NCBI RefSeq assembly: GCF_963921235.1
Contig: NC_086097.1
Location: 78,494,001 to 78,558,000 of the forward strand
Source: Mobula hypostoma
Lineage: Eukaryota
Reading direction: 5' to 3'
DNA: 64,000 bases
Shown: piece by piece, positions 24,801 through 37,856 of the stretch
Layout: each line of letters opens with the position of its first letter
Numbering within the stretch: the first letter of the stretch is position 1
Notes under the pieces: model-generated
Databases searched by the model: none
The model's input: the letters and a program-made list of their open reading frames with translations, nothing else
What the model was told of the DNA's origin: nothing
Translations under genes and position numbers: made by a program

Positions 24801-26106
24801 ATATCAACAATGAGATACATTTACATTCATGGAAATATTTTCCTTTTTTTCCACTATTTATTTATTGTAACTTACAGTACTTTTGTCTTGAACATAAAAC
24901 AACAAATTTTATGACATATGCCAGTGATAATAAACTTGATTCTGATTATACTGTACAACAACTTGAATAAGGGACTATATGGCTTTGAGAGAGATAAATA
25001 TTGAAACAGATGCAGACCATTCAGCCCAACAAATCCATGCCAACCACCATGCCCACCCAGCTAGCCCACATTTCCAAAAGAATTAAGATTAAGGGCACAT
25101 AAGGTGTACAAAGACCAATAGACAATTGACAAAAAGAAATAATTCTGATGGGTACAGTAAATAATGAGAACAGAAAAAAGCAGTGCTTTTTATTCCACAC
25201 TCGAGCTTGCATGCTAAATGGACACCAAAGTATAATATGAAAAAGCTGCTGAAATCTACTACACTATAACCTGATGTTCCAAAGATTAACCCTCAAATAA
25301 TAATGATCAGTTAGGCACAGAGAGAATATGTATTTACTGACAAACACATAAATTTACAAACTAAACACCTGTGTGCATGCCCACTAGGTTTCCCTGACCC
25401 TCCATGAACAGTCAAAGAAGAGAAAGGTAATATCTGGGAAGAGGAGGAGTTTACACAGGGAAGAGGAGGTGTTCCTCATGACCCTGATGTAATTTTCATG
25501 TGTCTGATGTGGAGTCATCCACTTCTGTGATGGTTGTCATTCCCTGTACTCCAGAAACCCTCCATTCTTATTCTTTTCTTCATCAGATCAGTCTATGATG
25601 TTTCATTTGTGTGGGCTCAAAGTTATCCAACTGATCTGTGTCAGCTTCTCATAGGATGTGGCCCAAGTCTACAAGCAGTATTGCTTTTTGGCTCTCCCTT
25701 CAGCCTTGTGCCTCAGGTGATTTATTTTGTTCTGTCCAACTCAGACTGGTTCAAACCAGTTCATCCAGGTCAACCAAACACTGGACCCAGATAACCAGAA
25801 CACAGGCTATTCCTTCTGCATGCCTTCCACACTACATAATAAACAGCTTCTCATCTGAAAATGGTCTTAGGTTTAGCAGATCATCAGCAGAAACTCCTTG
25901 TGTCCACGTTAAATTGCTCTGATAAAGTTATCCCTGAGCAAGAAGCAGTTCACAAAGCGGCGGCTGCAAAAACAGTTTCACAAAATTGCCACCTCCATTC
26001 CTGTAACCACTTGGCAAGAACAAAGCCAGTTGCTCTGTCTGTTTCCATTGCCCTTGCCTCTTTCCTGTTCACAAATCGGTAGATTGTAATTCTTCCTGAC
26101 CAACAG

Positions 26107-26800
26107 TGGCAAGAGTTGGGATATTGATTTACAGCTGAACATAATGTTGAGTAGAACGCATTTGGAGTATTGTGTGCGGGTCTGGTAGCTGTACTATAGG
26201 AAGCCTGTAATAAATCTAGAGAGGTTGCAGAAAGCAGCTACAAAGATACTGTTACAAGGGTCCTGAAGAAGGGTATTGGCCCAAACGTCCACTCTTTGTT
26301 CATTTCCATGGATGCTACCTGACCTGCTGAGTTCTTCCAGCATCTTGTGTATGTTACAAGGTACTGCCTGGACTGGAGGGAACTGAGTAACAAGATGAGA
26401 TTAGGTATGCTAATTCTGTTTTCCCTGGAGCTAAGGGGTGATCTTAGAGAGGTTTATAAAATCTTGAGGAGCATATGCAGGGTAAATAGTCTTTTTTTTT
26501 TCTCTAGGGTAAGGGAACCTAAGAGTAGAGAGCATAAATTTAAGGTGAGAGGGAAAGATTTAAAGGGATCAGAGTTGTGAGATATTTTTAACACAGGATA
26601 GTAGAACAAGCTGCCTGAGGAAGTAGTGAAAGTGGGTATGATTACATGTAAAAGAGATTTGGATAGGCACATGGATAGGAAAGGTTTAGAGAGATATAGA
26701 CCAAACTCAGGGCAAATGGGACAAGCTTTGATAGACATTTTGGTTGACATGGATGAGTTGGGCCACAAGGCCCATTTCCTAGCTGTATAACTCTGACTCT
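26107..26800 (+). mobile_element. CR1 3' fragment containing a short PLE hammerhead insert
   Basis: HLEYCV, RGDLREVYKI; insert 26260-26351 (gtc-CTGAAGA-agggtattggccc-aaacGTC) flanked by the duplication tgttacaagg. Confidence 0.8.
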
Positions 26801-27439
26801 ATGAGTAATTTGCATAGAAGCCAAAACAGATCAACATAATTATATTTAATGCAGAGGAGGCTTGAGGGACTGATTGACCTACTCCTGCAACTACATACTT
26901 TCTTTTGAACTTGTGTCAGTTTATTAAAAGAAGAACCCCACTATCTTCACCCTCCTGCAATTGTTCCACAGTCCTATTCTGTTTGTACAACATTGTTTAG
27001 ACAACTACATTAGTACTTTCGGAATGTTGCATATTACCCTATGGGTAAAATGCAACACTTTATCATCTATTCAGAAATGTAAGTATAAATATTTAACATT
27101 AGATATTTATCATAATTTACATAACATCATAAATCTCAGGTAGATTAAATGGAATATAAATATTATGCAATAAAATTCTAATGCTTGCAACGGTCATCAA
27201 TTTTAGATAAATGACATACACCACGTGAATAGTTTTTAAAAGGCCCTGTAATCCCACCATTGTATCTTTATAAATGTTATTTTTCACTGTTCAGGAGAAA
27301 ATATTTACCCTGTTTCATTAGGGAAGAAGGGAACATTGAGAAGCAAACAAAGAACAAAGGACTTTGGGTCTCTAATTTGTACATCCTACTACAAGTTGAA
27401 ACTCCTGGGTTTGGTATTCAGTAGTCCAACAACTCCTAT

Positions 27440-29240
27440 GGTTGTGCACATTGGTGATGCCTAACTTGGAGCACTGTAGGCCGTTTTGGTCACCTACCTA
27501 CAGGAAATGTATAAATAAGGTTGAAAGAATACAGAGCAAATGTACAAGGATGTTGCCGTGACTAGAAGACCTGAGTTATAAGGAAAGATTGAGGGGAGAT
27601 TTGATAGAGGTATATGAAATTATGAGGGATATAGATAGGATAAAAGCAAGCAGGATTTTTCCCCTGAGTTTGATGGAACTAGAACTAGAGGTCCTAGGTT
27701 AAGGCTGAAAAGTGAGATGTTTAAGGGAAACTTGAGGGGAAACTTTCTCATTCAGAGGGCCATGACAATGTGGAATGAGTTGCCAGCACAAGTGGTGTAT
27801 GCAAGCTTTATTCCAATATTTAAAAGAAGTTTGCATAGTTTCATGGATGGAATAGGTATTGAGGGCCTTGGCCTGAGTGCAGGTTGATGGGACTAGGCAG
27901 TTTAAATAGTTTGTCACGGACTAGATGGGTCAAAGGCCCTGTTTCTGTCAGCATGGATTTACGAAGGGGAAATCATGCTTGACTTATCTTCTGGAATTTT
28001 TTGAGGATGTAACTATGAAAATGGACAAGGGAGAGCCAGTGGATGTAGTGTACCTGGACTTTCAGAAAGCCTTTGATAAAGTCCCACATAGGAGATTTGT
28101 GAGCAAAATTAGGGCACATGGTATTGGGGGTAGAGTACTGACATAGATTGAAAATTGGCTGGCTGACAGGAAACAAAGAGTAGCAATTAACAGGTCCATT
28201 TCAGAATGGCAGGCGGTGACCAGTGGAGTACCGCAGGGTTCAGTGCTGGGACCACAGCCGTTTACAATATACATTAATGATTTAGATGAAGGGATTAAAA
28301 GTAACATTACCAAATTTGCAGATGACACAAAGCTGGGTGGCAGTGTGAAATGTGATGAGGATGTTATGAGAATGCAGGGTGACCTGGACAGGCTGAGTGA
28401 GTGGGCAGATGCATGGCAGATGCAGTTTAATGTGGATAAATGTGAGGTTATCCATTCTGGTAGTAAGAACAGGAAGGCAGATTATTATCTAAATGGAGTC
28501 AAGTTAGGAAAAGGGGAAGTACAATGAGACCTAGGTGTTCTTGTACATCAGTCACTGAAAGCAAGCATGCAGGTACAGCAGGCAGTGAAGAAAGCTAATG
28601 GCATTCTGGCCTTCATAACAAGGGGAATTGAGTATAGGAGCAAGGAGGTCCTTCTGCAGCTATACAGGGCCCTGGTGAGACCACATCTGGACTATTGTGT
28701 GCAGATTTGGTCTCCAAATTTGAGGAAGGACTTTCTTGCTATTGAGGGAGTGCAGTGTAGGTTCACAAGGCTAATTCCCGGGATGGTGTGACTGTCATAT
28801 GTTGAAAGATTGGAGCGACTGGGCTTGTATACACTGGAATTTAGAAGGATGAGAGGGGATCTGATTGAAACATATAAAACTATTAAGGGATTGGACACGC
28901 TGGAGGCAGGAAGCATGTTCCCGTTGATGGGTGAGTCCAGAACCAGAGGCCACAGTTTAAGAATAAGGGGTAGGCCATTTAGAAGGGAGTTGAGGAAAAG
29001 TTTTTTCACCCAGAGAGTGGTGGATATGTGGAATGCTCTGCCCCAGAAAGCAGTGGAAGCCAAGTCTCTGGATGCTTTCAAGAAAGAGATGGATAGAGCT
29101 CTTAAAGATAGCAGAATCAAAGGTTATGGGGATAAGGCAAGAACTGGATACTGATTGTGGATGATCAGCCATGATCACGGTGAATGGCAGTGCTGGCTCG
29201 AAGGGCCGAATGGCCTACTCCTGCACCTATTGTCTATTGT
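27440..29240 (+). mobile_element. Two adjacent CR1 copies (older 27440-27946, younger 27947-29240)
   Basis: [45 protein letters not shown]; (ctattgt)n tail. Confidence 0.93.
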
Positions 29241-29316
29241 ACGTTACTGTGACTCTATAGTGCTAACTAATTCTAATTTTAGATCTAAAATTTACTAAGA
29301 TACATACTAATCCTTG

Positions 29317-29735
29317 TGTTAGAGTGATTTTTAGGTTTAGGACATATACATTTAACAATTGACTTTGGCTAACAGTCTTCATATCTGAAAATGCATTTAA
29401 TTTGGAGTGCTGCTCTCAACAGTGGGTTCCTAAGAGCTGTGAATCCCAGTCCAGACAATGCTGATTAAAATACATTTGGATGTCTGTGGTGTGGATGCGA
29501 ATCAGGAGGTATGAAGGTTGTATTTAGTTTCAAAGAAAGCATTGTTCATACATTGTAAATATGGAATTGTCCCTTGATGTTTGGCACATAAAATATCGAG
29601 CCCCACATTGGGCCAGGAGACCTTTCCACTGAAAGTATCTCCATATGATGCCTGCTGTACCTTGTTTTGTTGAATAAAGAAGCTGCTTTGTATCTATCAG
29701 TAATATTCTCTGGTGATTTCATTATCGCAACAACA
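29317..29735 (+). mobile_element. Solo LTR (Gypsy-type, 5-bp TSD)
   Basis: TGTTAG...CAACA termini, AATAAA; flanks ccttg/tcttg; second copy at 36689-37100 (-). Confidence 0.8.
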
Positions 29736-30440
29736 TCTTGTGCAAAATACCCTGAAGGTTAACTTGCAGGTAGAGTTGATGGTGAGGTAGATACATGCAA
29801 TGTTAGCATTCATTTCAAGAGGTCTAGAATACAAGAACAGGGATGTGATGCTGAGGCTTTATAAGGCACTGGTGAAGCCTCACCTTGAATATCGTGAACA
29901 GTCCTGGACTTCTCATCTAAGAAAAGATATACCAGCATTGGAGAGGGTTCAGAGGAGGTTCACAAGGATAATTTTGGGAATGAAAGAGTTATCATACGAG
30001 TTAACATTTGATAGCTCTGGTTCTGTACTCACTGGAATTTAGAAGGATGAAGGAGGATCACATTGAAACCTTTCAAATGCTGAAAGGCCCAGACAGAGTA
30101 GATGTGGAAAGAATGTTTCACATGGTGGGGAGTTTAGGACAAGAGGGCACAGCCTCAGGATGGGGGGGGGGGGCGTCCATTTAAAACAGAAATGCAGATA
30201 AATTTCTCTAGCCAGAGGGTGGTGAATTTGTGGAATTTGTTACCACAGGCAGCTATGGAGGCCAGCTCATAGGGTGTATTTAAGGCAGAGCTTGACAGGT
30301 TCTTGGTTAGACACAGCATCAAAGGTTACAACGAGAAAGCCGTAAAGTGAGGCTGAGGAGGAGAAAATAGGATCAGCCATGATTGAATGGCGGAGCAGAC
30401 TCAACGGGATATATGGCCTAATTCTGCTCCAATGTCTTCT
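29736..30440 (+). mobile_element. CR1 3' fragment
   Basis: MLAFISRGLEYK..LYKALVKPHLEY..ERVQRRFTR. Confidence 0.9.
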
Positions 30441-31319
30441 CCAATGTCCAATCCTGATCAAATCTATAGCTAATTAACATATTAGTGCAACTTTTGCAAT
30501 TTCAGCTGACAGCGATCACAGCATTTTTAACATAGAGATAGTTCAGATTATGGATTGTTCTTGGACCACAATGTAATCTAAGGACAGGTTCCAAGGGGCC
30601 AGATTTGAGAGATTCAACCTGAACTATAAAAATAGGCATAGAAGAAAATTGTAAAATTACCACAACTCTGAACCTTAAAACCAAAAATCAAGCACGTTTA
30701 ATCAATGGTGACTGCATTTCAATTTTACATTCGTTTTTGGAATCTGTTAATAAACAGCCCATAAGGTACCTAGTCATGTGGGCTACTAATTTTTAAAAAA
30801 ATGTTGACCCCCCCGCCCAATCTGATTACTTCAATCAAATACATATCATTATTTGGTTTAATGACAGCGATTGATTATGATATATATAATGAATACCCCA
30901 ACTAATAAAACAATTACCCTGTTTTTAATAATTTATTTTCATTGTCTGAAGGACATGTGAAACTATCCAATAAATATTTTTGTTCCAAGTTTATATTAAG
31001 AAAATGACAGGTCACATAGATTACTTATTGAACAACTGTGCCAGCTGTGATTCATAACCAGAGCTATAAACCAAGATTATAATTGTGAGAGAGCTATAAT
31101 GCCAGAAAATGGAACCTGATGTGTATACCTAGAAAGTAATTTGTAACTGTAAATAAGATCAATAAATAAATGTGATGTTGAAACATACATTAAATTTTGT
31201 GAATGTGATATTCAGCACAGAGGATGGTTACCTACTGCAAGAAAACATGCTGGGTTTTATTCAGGAAAACAGAAACAGGCTGCTTGAATAAGCAGACAAG
31301 TAGAAGACAAAATTTAATA

Positions 31320-31430
31320 CAGTGACACACACAAAGTGCTGGAGGAACCCAGCAGGCCAGGCAGCATCCAATGAAAACAGAAAACAGTCGTCGCTTCAGG
31401 CCAAGACCCTTCATCAGGAATGGAAAAAAA
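31320..31430 (-). mobile_element. PLE pLTR fragment with degenerate hammerhead
   Basis: Reverse complement reads cctgatgaagggtcttggcctgaagcgac; similar fragments at ~47045-47180 and ~53440-53552. Confidence 0.75.
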
Positions 31431-31539
31431 TGCAGTGGTGTGTGAAGCATTACACAAGGCAGGGTCATTAAGAAGAGAAAATACAGATTAAATGGTATGG
31501 TTCTAAGGGGTGTGCTGGAATAGAGGGGACCTAAGTGTA

Positions 31540-31976
31540 TATCCTAGAGTGGAAGCAACATAGAATCACCTGAATGGTTCCAGAATTGAAGTATTTAAGA
31601 TTTAACGTTAGAACAGAGGAGCAAAAGGGAAGCTGGTGTTAATTTTCACTAACATGCATTAACATCCTCAGTCTTTACAAGATGGAAGAGACTTTTGCCA
31701 ATCAATGGTTAACTATACGTTTGATGACACCAATATTAATTTACTATATTTTATATTTTCATCCTGCTTTGGATTCTCAGTCAACTATAGTATTATATTC
31801 AAACAATCTCATTTCTTTCAAGGTTATAACCAGCTGAATATCCTTTCTGGGAAGGGTCTCCCACAGAGGACTTCAACCCCTCATCCTCCTTGTGGGTTGT
31901 CAGTCTCTGTGAGATGTTTCTTCGTTCTCCAAACCATGCTGCTTTCTGAAGTGAACAGACTTTAAAGCATCCATAT
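31540..31976 (-). pseudogene. Putative decayed exon
   Basis: Acceptor cttttacttccag; frame MDALKSVHFRKQHGLENEETSHRD*QPTRRMRG*SPLWETLPRKDIQLVITLKEMRLFEY with TGA stops consistent with CGA decay; ends near LKYFNSGT..CCFH (possible CCCH finger). Confidence 0.35.
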
Positions 31977-32924
31977 CTGGAAGTAAAAGGGTCTGACTGA
32001 GGATTGCATTATACTGTCAAACCATTCCCTGTAAATTATAAAAGCCACCCAGAGCTGGAGAAAAGGATTGAGCCACACGATGCAGCAATCAGCACTGTAT
32101 AAGCCAATGATCTCTTAAATAAAAATGCAAAGCCTTAAAAAGGGCCAGATGGCAAACAGATTATTTGAAAGGAAGTTTTCTCCACAAAAGACATGTGAAT
32201 TTGAGAAATGTAAAGAAATGATAGACTTCCTTCAAGAGAAAAATAAGATATTGAAGAAGCTTAGAATGTAAAATCAAGTCAACTGCACCAGGCCCACATG
32301 GGTTGAATAAGAACAAGATCCCACTCTCAATACTTCTAACCCTCAAACTGAAAGCAGCAGGTATCTTACACACACTAAAAGTGAAGAGAACTTCTGACCT
32401 GCCGACTTAATCTGGCTAACTAAAGAATAGTTCTATTTAAACAAGCCCTAACAACAACAACTCCTTTCCTGCACTGCTCCATAAATAACCACTCACAGTT
32501 CTGCCTAGCATCTGAGGGATATAAATATTTAGCAGCTGAAATGTGCCTACAATGGTATTGATAAGCTGGTCCTTCCTGTAAACAAATATTGAGTCATCTA
32601 TATTTGTTTATGATTTGACACTAATTGTAACATTGGGTCCAATACCACAGCCACAGAGCTGTTAGGAGGATTGATATCATATTCTACCTATTCTACATAG
32701 ATCTACAGTACGAGTGTCACATACATTTCATCCCAATACAATGATCAAATATGATTCATGTTACAAATTGGAATCATCCCTGTCCTTTGCAATGCAATAC
32801 AATCTCCTTAATAGGGATATTTTGGGATCTATAGACACCAGGCCTTGACTGCTCGAGCACCAAATTTAGCAGTCTGCAGCAAACACAGTGGTTCAGCAGA
32901 TCAGGGGCTAACCAGTATACACAT

Positions 32925-35900
32925 CTTAAGTACATTGGAAAGTTTCTGGCAAGAACAGGCCATTCAGCCCAACAAAACTTGCCAAATGCATATTCACAGA
33001 ATGTGTTGAAATAATCACTGAGTTTAGATTTCAACGTCTCTAAGGTACTACTCTCAACTACACAACTGGGTAGTTTGTTCCATGTGTCCACAACTCGCTG
33101 TGTAGAGAAATGCTTCCTGATGTTAGTCTGAAATCCCCTTTTAACCAGTCTCCACCTATGGTCTCGCATCCTTGATTATGGATCAATTTTGAAGTAGCAT
33201 CTGACATCCACCTTACTTATACCCTTAATGATTAATGGCTTCTATCATGTCCCCTCTCATTCAACGTCTGCTTAGGCTAAAAAGATTTAATTCTTTCATA
33301 CTTTCTTCATAGCTCATACCCTGCAGACCTGGAATGAGTATTGTCACCCTTCTCTGGACTCTCTCCAGTGCCTTCACATCCCTCACTCAACATGGAGACC
33401 AAAATTGTACACAATATTCAAGGTGTGGCCTCACAAGCATATTATACAACTTCAGGAGAACACCACTTGCCTTTATCTTCACTGAGTGTATTATATAGAC
33501 CAAGATTCTATTAGCCTTCCTAATCACTTCTGTGCATTGTCTAGATGTTGATAGTGATGATTCCATCAGGATGCCCAAGTCCTTCTCATATAGTGTACTT
33601 TCTAACTCAAGACCCCTCACTGTATATTTACATTTAATATATCTTCTTCCAAAATGTAATACTTTACAATACCTTACATACAATTTCATCTGCTACTTAT
33701 CTGCCCACAATTGGATTTTGTTTAGATCTAACTGTATTGACTCTGCTGCCAGAATGTTATCTGCCCACCCCACTAATTTTGTGTCATTGGCAGACTTTAC
33801 TATTTTATTTGTGAGGTGTTTATCCAAATCATTAATGTAAATTTAAAAAAAGTGGCCTCAAAATTGATCCCTGCAGAACCCCACTTTTAACATCTTCTAT
33901 GTGTGAAAATGATCCCTTCACCATAACTTGTTGTTTTCTGTTTTTGAGTCAATATTGCACCCATTTGCACACCTTACCCTGAATCCCTACCACTTGCAAT
34001 TTGATTATTAACCTCTCATGGGGTACCTTGTCAAAAGCTTTCTGAAAGTACTAGTAGATGATATCAATCACTCTATTAATATCATAAATTTTAGTTGTCT
34101 CTTCATAGAACGCCAGCATATTAGTAAAACATGATTTCCCCTTTCTGAACCCATACTGACTTTCTGCTAACATGACTGTTCTTATCAGCTGCTTTTCCAT
34201 CTCACTCTTGATTATTGCTAATTGGTATATAAAACTGCAAATGCCACTCCACACTTTAAGAAGGAACAAAGGCAGAAGAAAGGAATTATAGGCCAATTAG
34301 CCTGACTTCAGTGGTTGGAAAGATATTAGAGTCCATTATTAAGGATGAGGATTTGGGGCCTTTGAGGTAAATGTTAAAATGGGCCAAAGTCAGCATGCTT
34401 TCCTTAAGGGTAAATCTTTCCTGACTAATCTGTTGGAATTCTTTGAGAAAATAAGAGGTAGAATAGATAAAGCAGAGTCAGTGGATGTTGTTCACTTGGA
34501 TTTCTAGAAGGCCTTTGACAAGGTGCCACATATGAGGCAGCTAAGGAAGATCAGAGCCCATGGTACTCCAGGAAAGATACAAGCATGGATAGAAAATTAG
34601 CTGACTGGCAGGAGGCAAAAGACTGGAATAAAGGGGTCCAATTCAGGTTACTGCCAGTATCTAGTGGCGTTCGGCAGGGACAACATTGAGACCATTTCAT
34701 TTCATGTACTACGTCATTGATTTTGATGACAGAATTGATGACTTTGTGGCCAAGTTTGTGGAAAATTTTTAAAAATCACAAGTGCACAGGGATTTGGGAG
34801 TTAAAAGTCATAGGGACATAAAACATCACAGCATACAGGCCCTTTGGCCAATCTATTCTGTGCCAAACCATTAATCTACCTAGTCCCATCAACCTGCACT
34901 CGGACCATAGCCCTCCATACCCTACCCATCCATGTACCTACCTGAATATCTCTTAAATGCCACCATCAATCCTGCATCTACTACTTGCACTGGCAGCTCA
35001 TTCCACACTCTCACCACCTGCTGAGTGAAGAAGTTTCCCTCATATTCCCCTTAAACATTTCACATTTTACTTTTAAACCATAACCTCTACTTTATCTCAC
35101 CCAACCTCAGTGGATAAAACCTGCTTGCATTTACCCTATTTATACCCCTCATAATTTCATATACCTCTATCAAATCTCCCCATAATCTTCTACCTTCTAC
35201 GGAATAAGGTCCTATCCTATTCAACCTTTCCCTATAACTCAGGTCCTCAACATCCTTGTAAATTTTCTGTACACTCTTTCAATTCTATTCACAACTTCCT
35301 TGTAGGTATGTAACTATAATTGCACATAACACTCTGAATTAGGCCTCACCAATGTCTTATACAATTTTAACATAAGATCCCAATTCCTGTACTCAATACA
35401 TTGACTTAAGAAGGTCAATGTGCCAAAAACTTTCTTTCCAACCATATATAACCAGGACAGCACTTTCAAGGAATTATGGATCTGTATTCCCAGTCCCTTC
35501 TGCTCTACTGCACTCCTCAGTTCCTTATTACTCAGCGTGTAAAACCTACCCTGGTTGGTCCTCCCGTAATGCAACACCTCAAGTCTGTCTGTATTAAATT
35601 CCATCTGCCATTTTTCAGCCCATTTTTCCAGCTGGTCCAGGTCCCCCTGCAATCTTTGATAGTCTTCCTCGCTGTGTACTATGCCTCCAGTCTTGGTTTC
35701 GTCCACAGACTTGCTGATGCACTTTACCATATTATCATCCAGATGACAAACAACATGGACCTAGCAACAATTCCAGTGGCACACCATTAATCACAGGTCT
35801 CCAGTCAGAGAGGCAACCATCTGCAAACACTCTCTGGCTTCTTCCATAAAGCCAATGTCTGATCAAATTCACTAACTCATCATGGAGTGCAAGGTAATTG

Positions 35901-37690
35901 AACCTTCTTGACAAACCTCCCATGCAGGACCTTGACAAATGCCCTGCTAAAGTCCATGTGGACAACATCCACTGTCTTGCCTTCATCAGCTTTCCTGGTT
36001 TCTTCCTCAAAAAACTCAACATGTTTGGTTAGACATGTATGAAGTCAAGCTGACTAACTCTAGTCTAACCAAATACGTATATATCTGGTCCATCAGAATA
36101 CCTTCCGATAGCTTTCTCACTGCTAATGATAGGTTCACCGTCCTATAATTTTCTGGGTTATTCTTAGGGACTTCCTTAAACAACGGAAAATTAGCTATTC
36201 TCCAATCCTCCAGCACTTCATCTGTGGCTAAGGATGTTTTAAATATCTCTGCAAATGCCCCTACAATGTCTGCCCTAGCCTCCACAGTGTCTGAGGGAAC
36301 ACCTTGTCAGACCCTGGAGATTTATCCATCCTAACATCCCTCAAAACAGCAAACACTTTCTCCTCTGTAACCTGTTTAGGGTCCATGACCTCACTGCTGA
36401 TTGGCTTCACTTCTATAGACTTTGTGCCCATCTCCTGAGTAAATACAGATTCAAAAATTCCAGTTAAGATCTCCCCCAAATCTTTCAGCTCCATGCATAG
36501 ATTAACATTCTGATCTTCCAGAGAACCAATTTTGCCCTGTGCTATCCTTTGGCTCTTAATTTATTTGTAGAGGCCCATAGACTTCTCCTTCACCTTGTCT
36601 GCTAGAGCAATCTCATGTCTTTCATGTCTTTAGCCCACCTGACTTCCTGCTTAAGTGTTCTCTTGCATTTCTTATACTCCTTAAGTACTGAAGTCACTGG
36701 AGAAAATTACTGGTAGATACAAAGCAGCTTCCTTATTTGACAAAACAAGGTACAGCAGGTATCATATGGAGATTCTTTCAGTGGAAAGGTCTGCTGGCCC
36801 AATGTAGAGCTTGATATTTTATGTGCCAAACATTAAAGGATAACTCCATATTTACAATGTATGAACAATGCTTTCTTTGAAACTACATACAACCTTCACA
36901 CCTCCTGGTCCACATCCACACCACAGACATCCAGATGAATTTTGATCAGCATTGCCTGGTCTGGGATTCACAGCTTTTAGGAACCCATTGTTCAGAGCTG
37001 CACTCCAAATTAAAGGCACAATACATTTTCAGATGTGAAGACAGGTAGCCAAAGTCAATTGTGAAATGGATATGTCCAAAACCCAAAAACCACTCTAACA
37101 AGTACCTCATTTGTTTCTGCCTACATATACCAGCAATGTACCTCCTTTTTGTCCTTAACCAGGGCCTCAATATCTCTTGAAAACCAAGGTTTCATGAATC
37201 TGTTACCTCTGCCTTTTATTCTGACAGTTACGTACAAACTCTGTAGTCTCAAAATTTTGCTTTTGAAGGCCTCCCATTTACCAAGTGCACCATTGCCAGA
37301 AAACGAACTAACCCAATCTGCACTTACCAGATCCTTTCTGATACCATCAAAATTAGCCTTTCTCCAATTTAGAATGTTAACTTGAGGACCAGACCTATCC
37401 TTCTCCATAATTTCCTTGAAACTAATGGCAAAATGATCACTAGGTGCAAAGTGTTCCCCTACACAAACTTCTGTCACCTGCTCCAAATAGGAGATCCAGT
37501 ATCCCATTCTCTCTAGCTAAGGCTTTTATGTACTGATTAAGGAAACTTTCCTAAAGGCAATTAACAACTCCTTCCCCTCCAGCCCTTTTACATTATGGGA
37601 GTCCCAGTCATTATGTGGAAAGTTAAAATCACCTACTATTCACAACTTTATGTTTCCTGCAAAAGTCTCCAATCACTCTACAAATTTGCC
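32925..37690. mobile_element. Cluster of CR1 copies (32925-34180 -, 34230-34770 +, 34815-37690 -)
   Basis: VRPHLEYCVQFWSP, QYGFRKGKSC, KAFDKVPH, KSPGSD, SDHFAISF, NWRKANFDGIR. Confidence 0.9.
36689..37100 (-). mobile_element. Solo LTR, same family as 29317-29735, inserted in CR1
   Basis: Reverse-complement similarity along its length; perfect 5-bp TSD agtac at 36684-36688 and 37101-37105. Confidence 0.88.
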
Positions 37691-37856
37691 TCTCTAAATC
37701 CCAATGGCTGGGTGGTCCTCGTGCAGGATTCCCTAAAGGTTAACTTGCAGGTTGAGTCGGAGGTAAGGAAGGCAAGTGCAATTTTAGCATTCATTTCAAG
37801 AGGACTAAAATATAAAGACAAGCTTTATAAGGCATTAGTCAGAACTGCACTTACAA

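Noticed and set aside
25349..26100. Exon or Gypsy integrase tail on the minus strand
   Set aside because: Looks like decayed coding DNA, but there are stops in all frames and no diagnostic motif or splice-site pair
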